A stretch of 33,315 nt of DNA. Origin: Octopus bimaculoides. Its lineage: Eukaryota. The DNA lies in the NCBI RefSeq assembly GCF_001194135.2, contig NC_068981.1, positions 111,870,646-111,903,960 on the forward strand, given 5' to 3'. The notes below the pieces were generated by a model. That model was given only the letters and a program-made list of their open reading frames with translations, was not told the origin of the DNA and made no database searches. The translations under genes were made by a program, and so were the position numbers. Shown here one piece after another: positions 22,959-33,115 of this stretch. How positions within the stretch are numbered: position 1 is the first letter of the stretch; every line of letters starts with the position of its first letter.

Positions 22959-23173
22959 CTTATGTCAAAATTTGAAACCAATATCTTAATGTATCTCTAT
23001 GCTTTGTTTTAATGAATTGTAACTGGCTTTATTGTTCTTAGTATCTAATACTATCAGAAAGTTTGCTCTTCAAACACTGAATGTTATTCCATAAATTTTA
23101 TTTGTAATTTGAAACTATATTAATGTGATTTAAAATTCTTTATTATTTGTATAATTTCTTACTTTTGTTGCAG

Positions 23174-23213
23174 TTTCTCCCTAACCTTGATAGACTCTCT
23201 GGATTCACTGGCT
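23174..23213 (+). CDS. EDEM3: Next 40-nt coding exon of the EDEM3-like gene
   Basis: ttttgttgcAG acceptor (23172-23173) and GTGAGT donor (23214). First T completes AA|T = Asn from the previous exon, then FSLTLIDSLDSLA, the GH47 FSLTLIDSLDTL motif that directly follows in EDEM3. Confidence 0.92.
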
Positions 23214-23878
23214 GTGAGTATTTTATATAATTATTTGTTCATTTAAATTCTTCAGTGTAGAAGTAAAAATATTCATTTAGGCATTGAAAAAAAAAAACAC
23301 TGCTCTTTGATAATTGGTGACAGTTGGTGTCCTAAGTTTCTCAATATTTCTGAAAAGTACCCAATTATTTGGTAATGTCATTTACTCAGCAGAAACAACG
23401 AATATGTTTTAACTCATATAACCCAACTTAGATAATTCACATGATTTTGTCCCATATAAACTTTTTCATAAAGTATTGGTAATTTTTTTAATTTCCTATA
23501 TGAAACTAATGAACTTCTTTAACAGTAATTAAAGCCGTAGCTATGTAGAACTCAACAAGTTCTACACGAACAGTGAAACATAACTGATTATTTGATTTTA
23601 GGATAGTCTCCATGATAGTTATGTGATTATTTAGGTGAAGCCCATGCATTATTAAATGTTGTTAAGTGGGGGCTTAGTAAAAAGGATAAAAAGTGATATT
23701 CTTTTATAGCATCCATAGAATTTGTGCCAAAATGGAATACAGTAGTGAGACACATCTCCTCCTAGGTAGGCAGAACATCAAATAAAAACTAAATTGAACT
23801 TTGCTGTTTGGCCCAGTTCATACCACTGTGGACATTGGCCATCAGAATGGTGATAATATGTGCATGTGTGTTTAGATT

Positions 23879-23880
<2 letters not shown>

Positions 23881-23954
<74 letters not shown>
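23881..23954. repeat. (TA)37 microsatellite
   Basis: Pure TA dinucleotide run. Confidence 0.95.
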
Positions 23955-23958
<4 letters not shown>

Positions 23959-24015
23959 GGAGAATATACAAAAAATAACAACAGACGAGGACAGGTGGTG
24001 TAAATAACAAAAGTG

Positions 24016-24308
24016 GGCGCAGGAGTGGCTGTGTTATAAGAAGCTTGCTTACCAACCACATGGTTCCGGGTTCAGTCCCACTGCATGGCACTGTGGGCAA
24101 GTGTCTTCTACTATAGCCTCAGGTCAACTAAAGCCTTGTGAGTGGATTTGGTAGAAGGAAATTGGAAGAAGCCCATTGTATGTGTGTGTATATGTGTCTG
24201 TGTTTGTACACCCAACATCACTTGACAACCGATGCTGGTGTGTTTACGTCACTGTAAATTAGCTGTTCAGCAAAAGAGGTCGATGGAATAAGTACTAGGC
24301 TTACAAAC
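24016..24308 (+). mobile_element. tRNA-derived SINE
   Basis: A-box-like gtggctgtgttataag, B-box-like ggttcagtccc, then CORE-like gggcaagtgtc. Homologous to 24317, 26856 and 30601 (minus). Confidence 0.85.
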
Positions 24309-24316
24309 ATGTATAT

Positions 24317-24630
24317 GCGCAGATGTGGCTGTGTGTTAAGAAGCATGTTTCCCAGCCACATGGTTCCGGGTTCAGTCCCACTGCATGGCACCTTGAGCAA
24401 GTGTCTTTTACTATAACTTTCGGCTGACCAAAGCCTTGTCAGTGAGCTTGTGTGTTTGTTTGTCTCCCATCACCACTTGACAACTGGTGGTGGTGTATTT
24501 ACATCCCCGAAACTTAGCGGTTCAGCAAAAGAGACCAATAGAATAAGTACCAGGAATGAAAAATAAGTAAGTAAAGGGGTCAATACATTTGACTAAAAAT
24601 TCTTCAATGCGGTGCCCAGCATGGCCATTT
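24317..24630 (+). mobile_element. tRNA-derived SINE, tandem to the previous copy
   Basis: Same head (ccacatggttccgggttcagtcccactgcatggcac) and body (cacttgacaac..cagcaaaagag..gaataagtac). Confidence 0.85.
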
Positions 24631-24647
24631 AAGCTTTTATATGTATG

Positions 24648-24695
<48 letters not shown>

Positions 24696-24729
24696 GTGAG
24701 CAAAAGGTGCACATATGCTGCTATATGAA

Positions 24730-25492
24730 TATATAAATCAAAAAAACAGAACAAGAACATAACGGATGACAATGAAAACATACGGACACCTGGATGATAC
24801 AAAGATGGACAGGAAAACCAGGATGGAACATTCGTCAAGCTTCCAATCATCACTACAGTTACACGTTTACAAATACAAGCAACAAGAATAACATCATGTG
24901 TCTTTTGGCTAAAAGGACAAGTTAAGTTAAGCTGGCATGTGAAGTGAAAGCCTTGCAACAACAAGCATAGATGAAAGTCAGGAAACAGGAAAATATGGTG
25001 TTGTGTAAGCAGCAGTCAGTGCTCAGCCAAGCATGATCTTTCTTTCTTGGTCTGATCGCCGTTTGTACAACACCTTATTTTCCTGTTTCCTGACTCTGAT
25101 TCATGTTTATTGCCACAAGGTTTCCACTTCACATGCCAGCTTAACTTAACTTGTCTTTTTAGTCGAACGACACCTGTTGTTATTCTTGTTTTTATTTGTA
25201 ATCGTGTAACATTTTCTCTGTTTTCTCATTTTTTTGTCCGTGTTGTCGCACATATTTTCCCACTTTCTTCCAAAAATTTAATGCCCTTAGCTTAGATTTT
25301 TGGGGCCTACCAATTTTGAACAGTCTCAAGTGTAACAGGCCAAAACTGTAGTGATGATTGGAAGCTTGACTGATGAATAGAAAGCCACGAATGTTCTGCC
25401 CTGGTTTTCCTCTCCGTCTTTGTATCATCCATCTGTCCGCATGTTTTCATTGTCATCCGTTATGTTCTTGTTCCATTTTTTTAATTTATATA
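24730..25492. repeat. ~760-bp foldback (inverted-repeat) element between TA microsatellites
   Basis: Left arm 24730-25010 is the inverted complement of right arm 25061-25492 (e.g. gacaagttaagttaagctggcatgtgaagtg). The right arm carries extra ~135-bp and 19-bp blocks. The spacer is partly palindromic (ccaag/cttgg). Confidence 0.9.
25318..25396 (+). ncRNA. Candidate decayed type III hammerhead ribozyme
   Basis: gaaca-GTC|tcaag...cttga-CTGATGA-atag/aaag/ccac-GAA-tgttc. Stem I 5 bp, intact core box, stem II with two A-C mismatches, stem III 5 bp, but AC missing after GAA. Confidence 0.4.
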
Positions 25493-25628
25493 CACACACA
25501 TATATNNNNNNNNNNNNNNNNNNNNNNNNNNNNNNNNNNNNNNNNNNNNNNNNNNNNNNNNNNNNNNNNNNNNNNNNNNNNNNNNNNNNNNNNNNNNNNN
25601 NNNNNNTATATATATATATATATATATA

Positions 25629-26849
25629 TCAGGTCATTAAGAATGAAATGTCTGATTTTGAACTGAAAGTTTATTTTACTTTATCTCAACAAAAAGCAAT
25701 GCAGTTAATCAAAGTATACACTTAAATTATCAACACAATTTTGCCATTTTTTCAGTAGCTTATTTATGCCAGCAGCAAAGAATTCTGGATAGCAAGAGGT
25801 GATGAAATCACGTGAGGCTGCTTTTGCATCTTCTGATTTGAATTTTTTTCCTTGCAAAAAGTTGTCTAATGCCTGGAAAACATGATATTCAGTTGGTGCA
25901 CGGTCTTCTGAATATGGTAGATGACAGAGTTCTCCCAAGTTCAGTTCCTGTAGCTTAGGTGACATTCTTTGTGCAACATGTGGTCGAGCATTGTCTCGCA
26001 AAAGAATTGGCTTGTCTTAGTTGACCAATCTGGGTTGTTTAGTTGCAAGTTCACTCATCATTTCATGCATTTTGTTGATGTACACATCCGTTGTGATTGA
26101 CTTAACAAGTCTCATGAAGCTGTAATGGATGACACCAGTGCTGGACCACCAAGCAGACACCATTAGCTTTTTTGGGGGAATATTCTTTCTTGGACTGTGT
26201 TTTGGCTTTTCGTCTCTATCCAACCACTGTGCAGAATACTTAGTATTGTTGAAAAGAATCCATTTTTCATCACACATAACAATATGGTGCAAAAATTGTC
26301 TGCTTTATGTCGTGACAGCAAAGAACAGCAACTTTCAAGATAACATGTCATATGATGCTCGTTCAGTTCAAACGGTACCCACTTATTCAGCTTCTTTACC
26401 TTGCTGGTTTGTTTCAAATGATCCAATACTGTTGGAATCGAAACATCAAACCTTGCCACTAACTCATGCATAGTTTGAGATGTATCCACTTCCACTACAG
26501 TTTCCACCTTGCTCTCAAGTCTATCACCAGACTGGAACATCTCAAACCATTGACGTAAAGTGCACTTCATTTGCCACATCTTCAAACACCTCATTGATGT
26601 TTTGAGCTGTCTGGAATGCATTTGTTCCACAACAGAACTCATATTCATAAAGAACACAAATTTTTTATCTATCCATGAGTTCACAAAAATTAATTTACTA
26701 GAGAAAACTCACAACATAATCAGACACCATGAATTGCATTTCAAAAGGTAATGTTGTAAAACAAAGAACTGGCAGGATAAAACATTAGAGTTAACGGCTG
26801 TTACCCTTGGTGCATAAGAAAATCGGACATTTCATTCTTAATGATCTGA
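25629..26849 (-). mobile_element. Mariner transposon (Hsmar1/Mos1-like transposase), 1221 bp, TIRs intact, ORF broken
   Basis: 30-bp TIRs tcaggtcattaagaatgaaatgtctgattt / tcagatcattaagaatgaaatgtccgattt (28/30) flanked by TA. Motifs KWVPFEL, CDEKWI, DNARPH, HLPYSEDRAPTEY. Confidence 0.95.
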
Positions 26850-26855
26850 TATATA

Positions 26856-27085
26856 GGCACAGGCATGGCTGTATGTTAAGACATTTGCTTCCCAACTACA
26901 TGGTTACAAGTTCAGTCCCACTGCCTGGTACCTTGGGCAAGTATCTTTTACTATAGCCCCAGACTAACCAAAATCTTGTGAGTGAATTTGGTAGATGTAA
27001 AATGAAAGAAGCCTGTTGTATATATGTGTATTTGTACTCATTGATAGAATAAGTATCAAACTTTTAAAAAAATACTAGAGTCAAT
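26856..27085 (+). mobile_element. tRNA-derived SINE, internally deleted
   Basis: ggcacaggcatggctgt..agttcagtcccactgc..ccttgggcaagt, homologous to the 24016 copy. Confidence 0.8.
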
Positions 27086-27352
27086 TTGTGTGAAGGGTGC
27101 CACAAAGATTACATAGGGCAAACGATCCTCACCCTCAGAGAAAGGATGACAGTCCACCACCAACAGTTGAGGGATCCCACCACAAGACAGATACCACTTA
27201 GTGGTCACTTAGATCTCTGTGCACAAAACAAATCCTCCAAATTCCTAGTTTTCCCACTATACCAATGACCAGACAACACCACTGACCAAACATGAATAAA
27301 TAGGGAAAATAATCTTATTCAAAAATACCGACCACAACTCAACATACTCTAA
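27086..27352 (+). mobile_element. GIY-YIG endonuclease C-terminal fragment of a Penelope-like element
   Basis: CEGCHKDYIGQTILTLRERMTVH...SGHLDLC...FPLYQ*...RENNLIQKYRPQLNIL*. YIGQT, LRER..H and RE..LI....P.LN are typical PLE GIY-YIG motifs. Confidence 0.85.
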
Positions 27353-28860
27353 CATACCCCCACCAGGTACACACCCACAACAAACACACACAGAAACACA
27401 TACTGATGTACAAAATCACACACACACAAATACCATGCAAACCTCTGACGCAAACACACGCACAAACACAATATCCACACACATTCCAAGAAAAAACACA
27501 TATATATATACACTTGCAATACGATTCTAGCAACCATAACTAACACTCACACACACACATACACACATACATAAACATGTACATGCACACACCTACACAC
27601 ACCACCCTGATAATTACAAATCGCATTCACACACACACACCCACACATACACAGATACACACACAAACACGCAAATACAGCACAACCCACACAAACATGC
27701 ATATATGCACTCATGTACACACACACACAAACACAATACGCTTGTTCCTCAGTAAAAAAACACACACATATACACACACACACTCAAAAGAAAAAACACA
27801 CATATACACACTACAATCACAACAAACATACATACACACACAGTGATACACACCTCCCTGACAAATACAAGACACATAGACACTCACACAAACACACCCA
27901 CACATATGCATACACACTTCACTAACGATACAGACAAAACAAATCACTCACAAATACAGCACACACACACGTGTACATACACACCTGGAAACTACATAAA
28001 CCATACCCACATATATATACATACAAATGCATATTCAGTACCAACATGCACAAAATGCACATGCAAACACATACACACCACCCAGATAAACCCAACACAC
28101 ATGGACACACAGAGAAACCCTGATAAATACAACACACTCACACACATACACACCCGCACATACATATGCACCCTCACACACATACGGTTACTCACACACA
28201 CGTACACACACATAACATCCCCACCAACACAAAACATAAACATACGCATACACACACAGACGCACACATACATATGCACCCTCACATACACATGGTTGCT
28301 CACACACACACACACCACAAGTACAATTAAAACAACACAAACATACTCAGACAGAGATACAAACACACATACTCACGTACACACACATAACATCTCCACC
28401 AACACAAAACACAGAAACACACACACACACACAGACGCACACATACACATGCACGAACAAACACACACATGTGCACACATGGCACCCTGACAAATACCAA
28501 TCACACACACACACACACACACACACACCACCACCACCAGGACAATTATAACAACACAAACATAATCAGACAGACACACACACACACTCACGTACACATA
28601 CATAACATTTCCACCAACACAAAACACACATGCACCCACAGACGTGAATAAACACATACACACACATGCGCACATACAAGCCCTGACAAATACTAATCAC
28701 ACATACACACAAACGTGCACACATATACACACACCATCCAATCAAATATAAGACACACACAGACCCATATACACATGCCACAATAAACTCTGGGACCAAT
28801 CAAAAAACGGCCCACACACACACAAACACAAACATATATACACACACATAGAGATGTGAT
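27353..28860 (+). repeat. CA-rich complex satellite, probable PLE 3' UTR expansion
   Basis: Degenerate (CA)n with recurring anchors ccctga(c/t)aa(a/t)tac at 27605, 27856, 28118, 28485, 28681 and cataacat..ccaccaacacaaaac at 28211, 28386, 28601. Confidence 0.8.
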
Positions 28861-30003
28861 CAGAGACACACACTCACACCATTCTGAACTCTAAGACCAG
28901 TCCCAAAAACCACTGAACCATGACTAGCCCAGAAACAAAAAAATCCTTTTACTTCCACATTGCTCTTCCTTCCCCTCACCCCAACCAACCTCCCACACTT
29001 TCCCATCAGTTCTTCTCCAATTTTTTGTAAATTCTTAAATATATCTCCTTCTGTGTATATATTTACTACCAAACAAACATGATTTTTATTGAATTCCTAA
29101 TACTTTTTGTTGAATACTTTCTTAAATACTTTCTTGTAAACTGTTTTTAACATTTTCTTATTATTATCAAAGAATGTATATATGTATTTTAATTCTTTAT
29201 TTGACAACCAGTACTTAACACAACAAAACTTAGACAAAGCTTTACATTTTACTTTTAACAATCTTTTTCTAAAAAAAGTGAAATCGGTCAAGCCAATAAT
29301 CATCTTTAAAATTGCATTTTCAAACCTTCTTTCATNNNNNNNNNNNNNNNNNNNNNNNNNNNNNNNNNNNNNNNNNNNNNNNNNNNNNNNNNNNNNNNNN
29401 NNNNNNNNNNNNNNNNNNNNNNNNNNNNNNNNNNNNNNNNNNNNNNNNNNNNNNNNNNNNNNNNNNNNNNNNNNNNNNNNNNNNNNNNNNNNNNNNNNNN
29501 NNNNNNNNNNNNNNNNNNNNNNNNNNNNNNNNNNNNNNNNNNNNNNNNNNNNNNNNNNNNNNNNNNNNNNNNNNNNNNNNNNNNNNNNNNNNNNNNNNNN
29601 NNNNNNNNNNNNNNNNNNNNNNNNNNNNNNNNNNNNNNNNNNNNNNNNNNNNNNNNNNNNNNNNNNNNNNNNNNNNNNNNNNNNNNNNNNNNNNNNNNNN
29701 NNNNNNNNNNNNNNNNNNNNNNNNNNNNNNNNNNNNNNNNNNNNNNNNNNNNNNNNNNNNNNNNNNNNNNNNNNNNNNNNNNNNNNNNNNNNNNNNNNNN
29801 NNNNNNNNNNNNNNNNNNNNNNNNNNNNNNNNNNNNNNNNNNNNNNNNNNNNNNNNNNNNNNNNNNNNNNNNNNNNNNNNNNNNNNNNNNNNNNNNNNNN
29901 NNNNNNNNNNNNNNNNNNNNNNNNNNNNNNNNNNNNNNNNNNNNNNNNNNNNNNNNNNNNNNNNNNNNNNNNNNNNNNNNNNNNNNNNNNNNNNTTAAAA
30001 TAA

Positions 30004-30297
30004 AATATTCGACATGGTGGAAAACTGATTTCCTATCATGTCTTATAATAATAGTGATGAGAAAGTCATAAAAATTAAGAATTTCTATTTAAAAAACTTC
30101 ATTTCTGTACTATGTATATTCATGTCCCAAGGTTAGGCAAAGTTCATAGGCAATTTAGGCCTTAAGGTTAGGCAAATTGGGACATGAATATATATAATAC
30201 AGAAATGAAGTTCTTTTAATAGAAATTCTTAATTTTTATAAATTTCCTGTCATTAAAAGACATGGTAGGAAATCAATTTTCCACCTTGTCTAATATT
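30004..30297. mobile_element. MITE-like long inverted repeat
   Basis: Arms 30004-30130 and 30177-30297 are inverted complements with scattered mismatches and one short indel. The 46-bp spacer has ggttaggcaaa at both ends. Confidence 0.75.
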
Positions 30298-30600
30298 AAA
30301 AAAATTTTTTTATGGGTGGGGGTACAAAAGGAAGTCTTTTCCTTTCTTGTTTGGGTTGGATGGGATTTTGTTGAGGTAGATTTTCTATGGCTGAAAATCC
30401 TTCCTGTTGCCAACACTCATCTGTTTCCAAATAAGATAATATTTTCCCATAACCAGACATGTTTTCATGAAAAGTTTGGTACAATGAACAACACATGTAT
30501 GATGGCAACTTTCTTTTAGTACTCTCACACAATGTTGAAGGAAGGACACACACACACACAAACAGATAACAAGCTTCTTTTTATTTCCATGTACCAAATC

Positions 30601-30731
30601 CACTACTCACAAGTGTTTGGTTGGCCTGGGGCTATACCACAACACACTTACCCAAGGATCTACCTAATGGGATGGAACCAGGACTTATATGGTTGCTAAG
30701 CAAACTTCTTACCACACAGCCATGCCTGTGC
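30601..30731 (-). mobile_element. Diverged SINE head fragment
   Basis: Reverse complement gcacaggcatggctgtgtggtaagaagtttgctt...ccttgggtaagtgt matches the other SINE heads. Confidence 0.75.
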
Positions 30732-30786
30732 TTATTTGTGTATGTATGTGTATGCATGTATGTACATATATGTGTGTATATATATA

Positions 30787-31630
30787 TCATCATCATCATT
30801 GTTTAACATCAGCTTTGATGCTGGCATGGGTGGGATGGTTTGACAGGTGTTGGTCAAGCAGAAGCCTGCACCACACTTCTGTCTGTTTTGGCAGCGTTTG
30901 TATGGCTGGATGCCCTTCCTAACACCAACCATCCTGCAGAGTGGGTTAATGAGTGTTTCAGGAATGAGTACAGAAACAGGTGTGCTGCCATAAAGGAGAT
31001 ACATGGCTACCCAACCTGAAGGAAGAGCAGGAGAAGGAGGGAGAGAGTGGAAGATAGCAGGAAAGAGATGGTGGCAAAGTATTCACAAGTGACAGGAATC
31101 AGAATAAGGAAGCATGAGTAGATAGTGGGGAAAGGGAATGGGGTAGGGTGTGTGAAAGTTTCTGTTATGTGTGGGTGGAACACACAGGTTGAGGGCTAGT
31201 GGATAGTGATTATACAGTGAAACAGGGCCAAGAGGACAGGATTTGGGAGTGAGAGGTAAACATAGTGTATGAAAGAGAAGAGATGTATAGATATTTGGCT
31301 TGTTGGAGTAGGGTTTGAGAAAGGTTTCCTTGTCACATGTGCTACTAGAACTCAGTTTCCCTGATGTGGGCAAGTCTTGGCAAATACCGTGAAGCCCAAC
31401 ATCCTGAGATCAGTGCTTATTACTTCGCCCTATGTCTTCCTGGGTCTACATCTTCCGCAGGTACCATCCACTTTCAGTGATCGGCACTCCTTTATGCATA
31501 CACATCACATGTCCAAACCAATGTAGTCTTCTCAGTTGCATGCTACATTTGAATCCTCTTACATCCAAATGTTTCTCAATACATTTGGACTTAGTCGTAA
31601 ATGCACATTAGTGTTGCACATCCATGTAGC
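30787..31630 (-). mobile_element. 3' end of an RTE subfamily-B copy
   Basis: (CAT)n tail at 30787, agaaacaggtgtgctg..acatggctaccc module, and ctagaactcagtttc and cacatcacatgtccaaaccaatg shared with 3562-4930. Confidence 0.88.
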
Positions 31631-33115
31631 AAGTAGGAAGGTAGACAAAACACAAGCCCTTTCAAGTAGATGACCCTGCTTGATCTGTAGAAAAGGCATA
31701 GGTAGAAACTCTATAAGATGTACCCAGTGCAAACTATGGACACATAAGAGGCGCAGCAATATCAAAGGAAGGTTAACTAGGAACTTAGTTTTTGTATGTG
31801 GCAGATGTTCGGCGCAGTAAACACTGAAAATGTGCAGAAAACAACTTGTGTCACATTCCAGGGAGAAAAACTAGAAGTAGTTGATAGCTTCCGCTATCTA
31901 GGTGACCAAGTTAGTAGTGGGGGAGGGTGCGCTGAAACTGTAGCTGCTAGAATAAGAATAGCCTGGGCAAAGTTCAGAGAGCTCTTACCTTTGCTGGTGA
32001 CAAAGGCCCTCTCACTCAGAGTAAAATGCAGACTGTATGATGCATGTGTACGAACAGCCATGCTACATGGCAGTGAAACATGGGCCGTGACTGCTGAGGA
32101 CATGCATAAGCTCGCAAGGAATGAAACCAGTATGCTCTGATGAATATGTAATGTCAGTGTGCATACTCGACAGAGTGTAAGTATCTTGAGAGAAAAGTTG
32201 AACCTAAGAAGCATCAGCTGTGGTGTGCAAGAGAGACGATTGCACTGATATGGTCATATGGTGAGAATGGATGAGGATAATTGTGTGAAAAAGTGCCAAA
32301 CCCTAGTGGTTGAGGGAACCTGTGGAAGAGGCAGACCCAGGAAGACCTGGGATGAGGCGGTGAAGCATAACCTTCAAACATTAGGCCTCACCGAGGCAAT
32401 GACTTGTGACTGAAACCTTTGGAAATATGCTGTGCGTGAGAAGACCCGGCAAGTCAAGTGAGACCATAATCTGAGGCCTCTGCCAGTGGTGTAGCCAGCC
32501 CACTTCTGTGTACCTTTCCTTCATTGGACACTAAACTCTGCTTGCGAAGACCTGTTGAGGCAAGTGAAATCGAAACCAAACGAAATTCGACGACTGGCAC
32601 CCATACCAACCTATCCTACATTGGACACTACTGTTGGAGCAAGTGAAAGTGAAATCATGATGGCACCTGTACTACTGGAGCGCTAAGAGCACCGTCCGAG
32701 CGTGATTGTTGCCAGAGCAACTGCCTGGCATCCGTGCTAGTGGCACGTAAATAGCACCATTTGAGCCTGATCGTTACCTGCGTTGCCTTACTGGTACTTG
32801 TGCCGGTGGCATAGGAAAAAACCTTTGAGCAAGGTCATTGCCAGTGTCGCTGGACTGGCTTCTGTGCAAGTGGCACCTAAAATACACCACTTTGAGCGTG
32901 GCCGTTGCCAGTACCGCCTAACTGGCCTTCGTGCTTGTGGCACAAAAAAAGCACCCACTACACTCTCACAGTGGTTGGTGTTAGGAAGGGCATCCAGCTG
33001 TAGAAATTCTGCCAAATCAGATTGGAGCCTGGTGTAGCCATCTGGTTCACCAGTTCTCAGTCAAATCATCCAACCCATGCTAGCATGGAAAGCAGACGTT
33101 AAGCGATGATGATGA
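31631..33115 (+). mobile_element. 5'-truncated RTE subfamily-A copy with complete 3' UTR and (GAT)n tail
   Basis: FRYLGDQVSSGGGC, RIRIAWAKFRELLPLL, GRGRPRKTW. UTR is the inverted match of 13321-14420. Ends gttaagcgatgatgatga. Confidence 0.93.

Noticed and set aside
22971-22985. FETNI peptide resembling the next EDEM3 exon (SVFETNIR)
   Set aside because: It lies upstream of the FSLTLIDSLD exon (wrong order), has no flanking similarity or splice sites, and directly follows RTE sequence. Chance match.
23560-23680. Possible intronic C/D snoRNA downstream of the 40-nt exon
   Set aside because: No properly ordered RTGATGA...CTGA pair with a terminal stem was found.
24016-24100. tRNA gene
   Set aside because: A/B-box-like motifs are present but there is no cloverleaf, and the sequence continues into a SINE body found four times in the window.
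16978-27352. PLE RT (16978) and GIY-YIG (27086) as halves of one insertion
   Set aside because: The host EDEM3 exon at 23174 lies between them, so they must be independent insertions even if from the same family.
27339-28799. Many His/Thr- or Cys/Val-rich ORFs in the track (also 467-968, 6232-6448, 12562-13037)
   Set aside because: These are translations of CA/TG/TA microsatellites, which lack stop codons in several frames. No domain evidence.
29182-30003. 273-aa and 228-aa ORFs (also 7170-7601, 546-932, 25373-25725)
   Set aside because: Their length comes from N runs translated as X.
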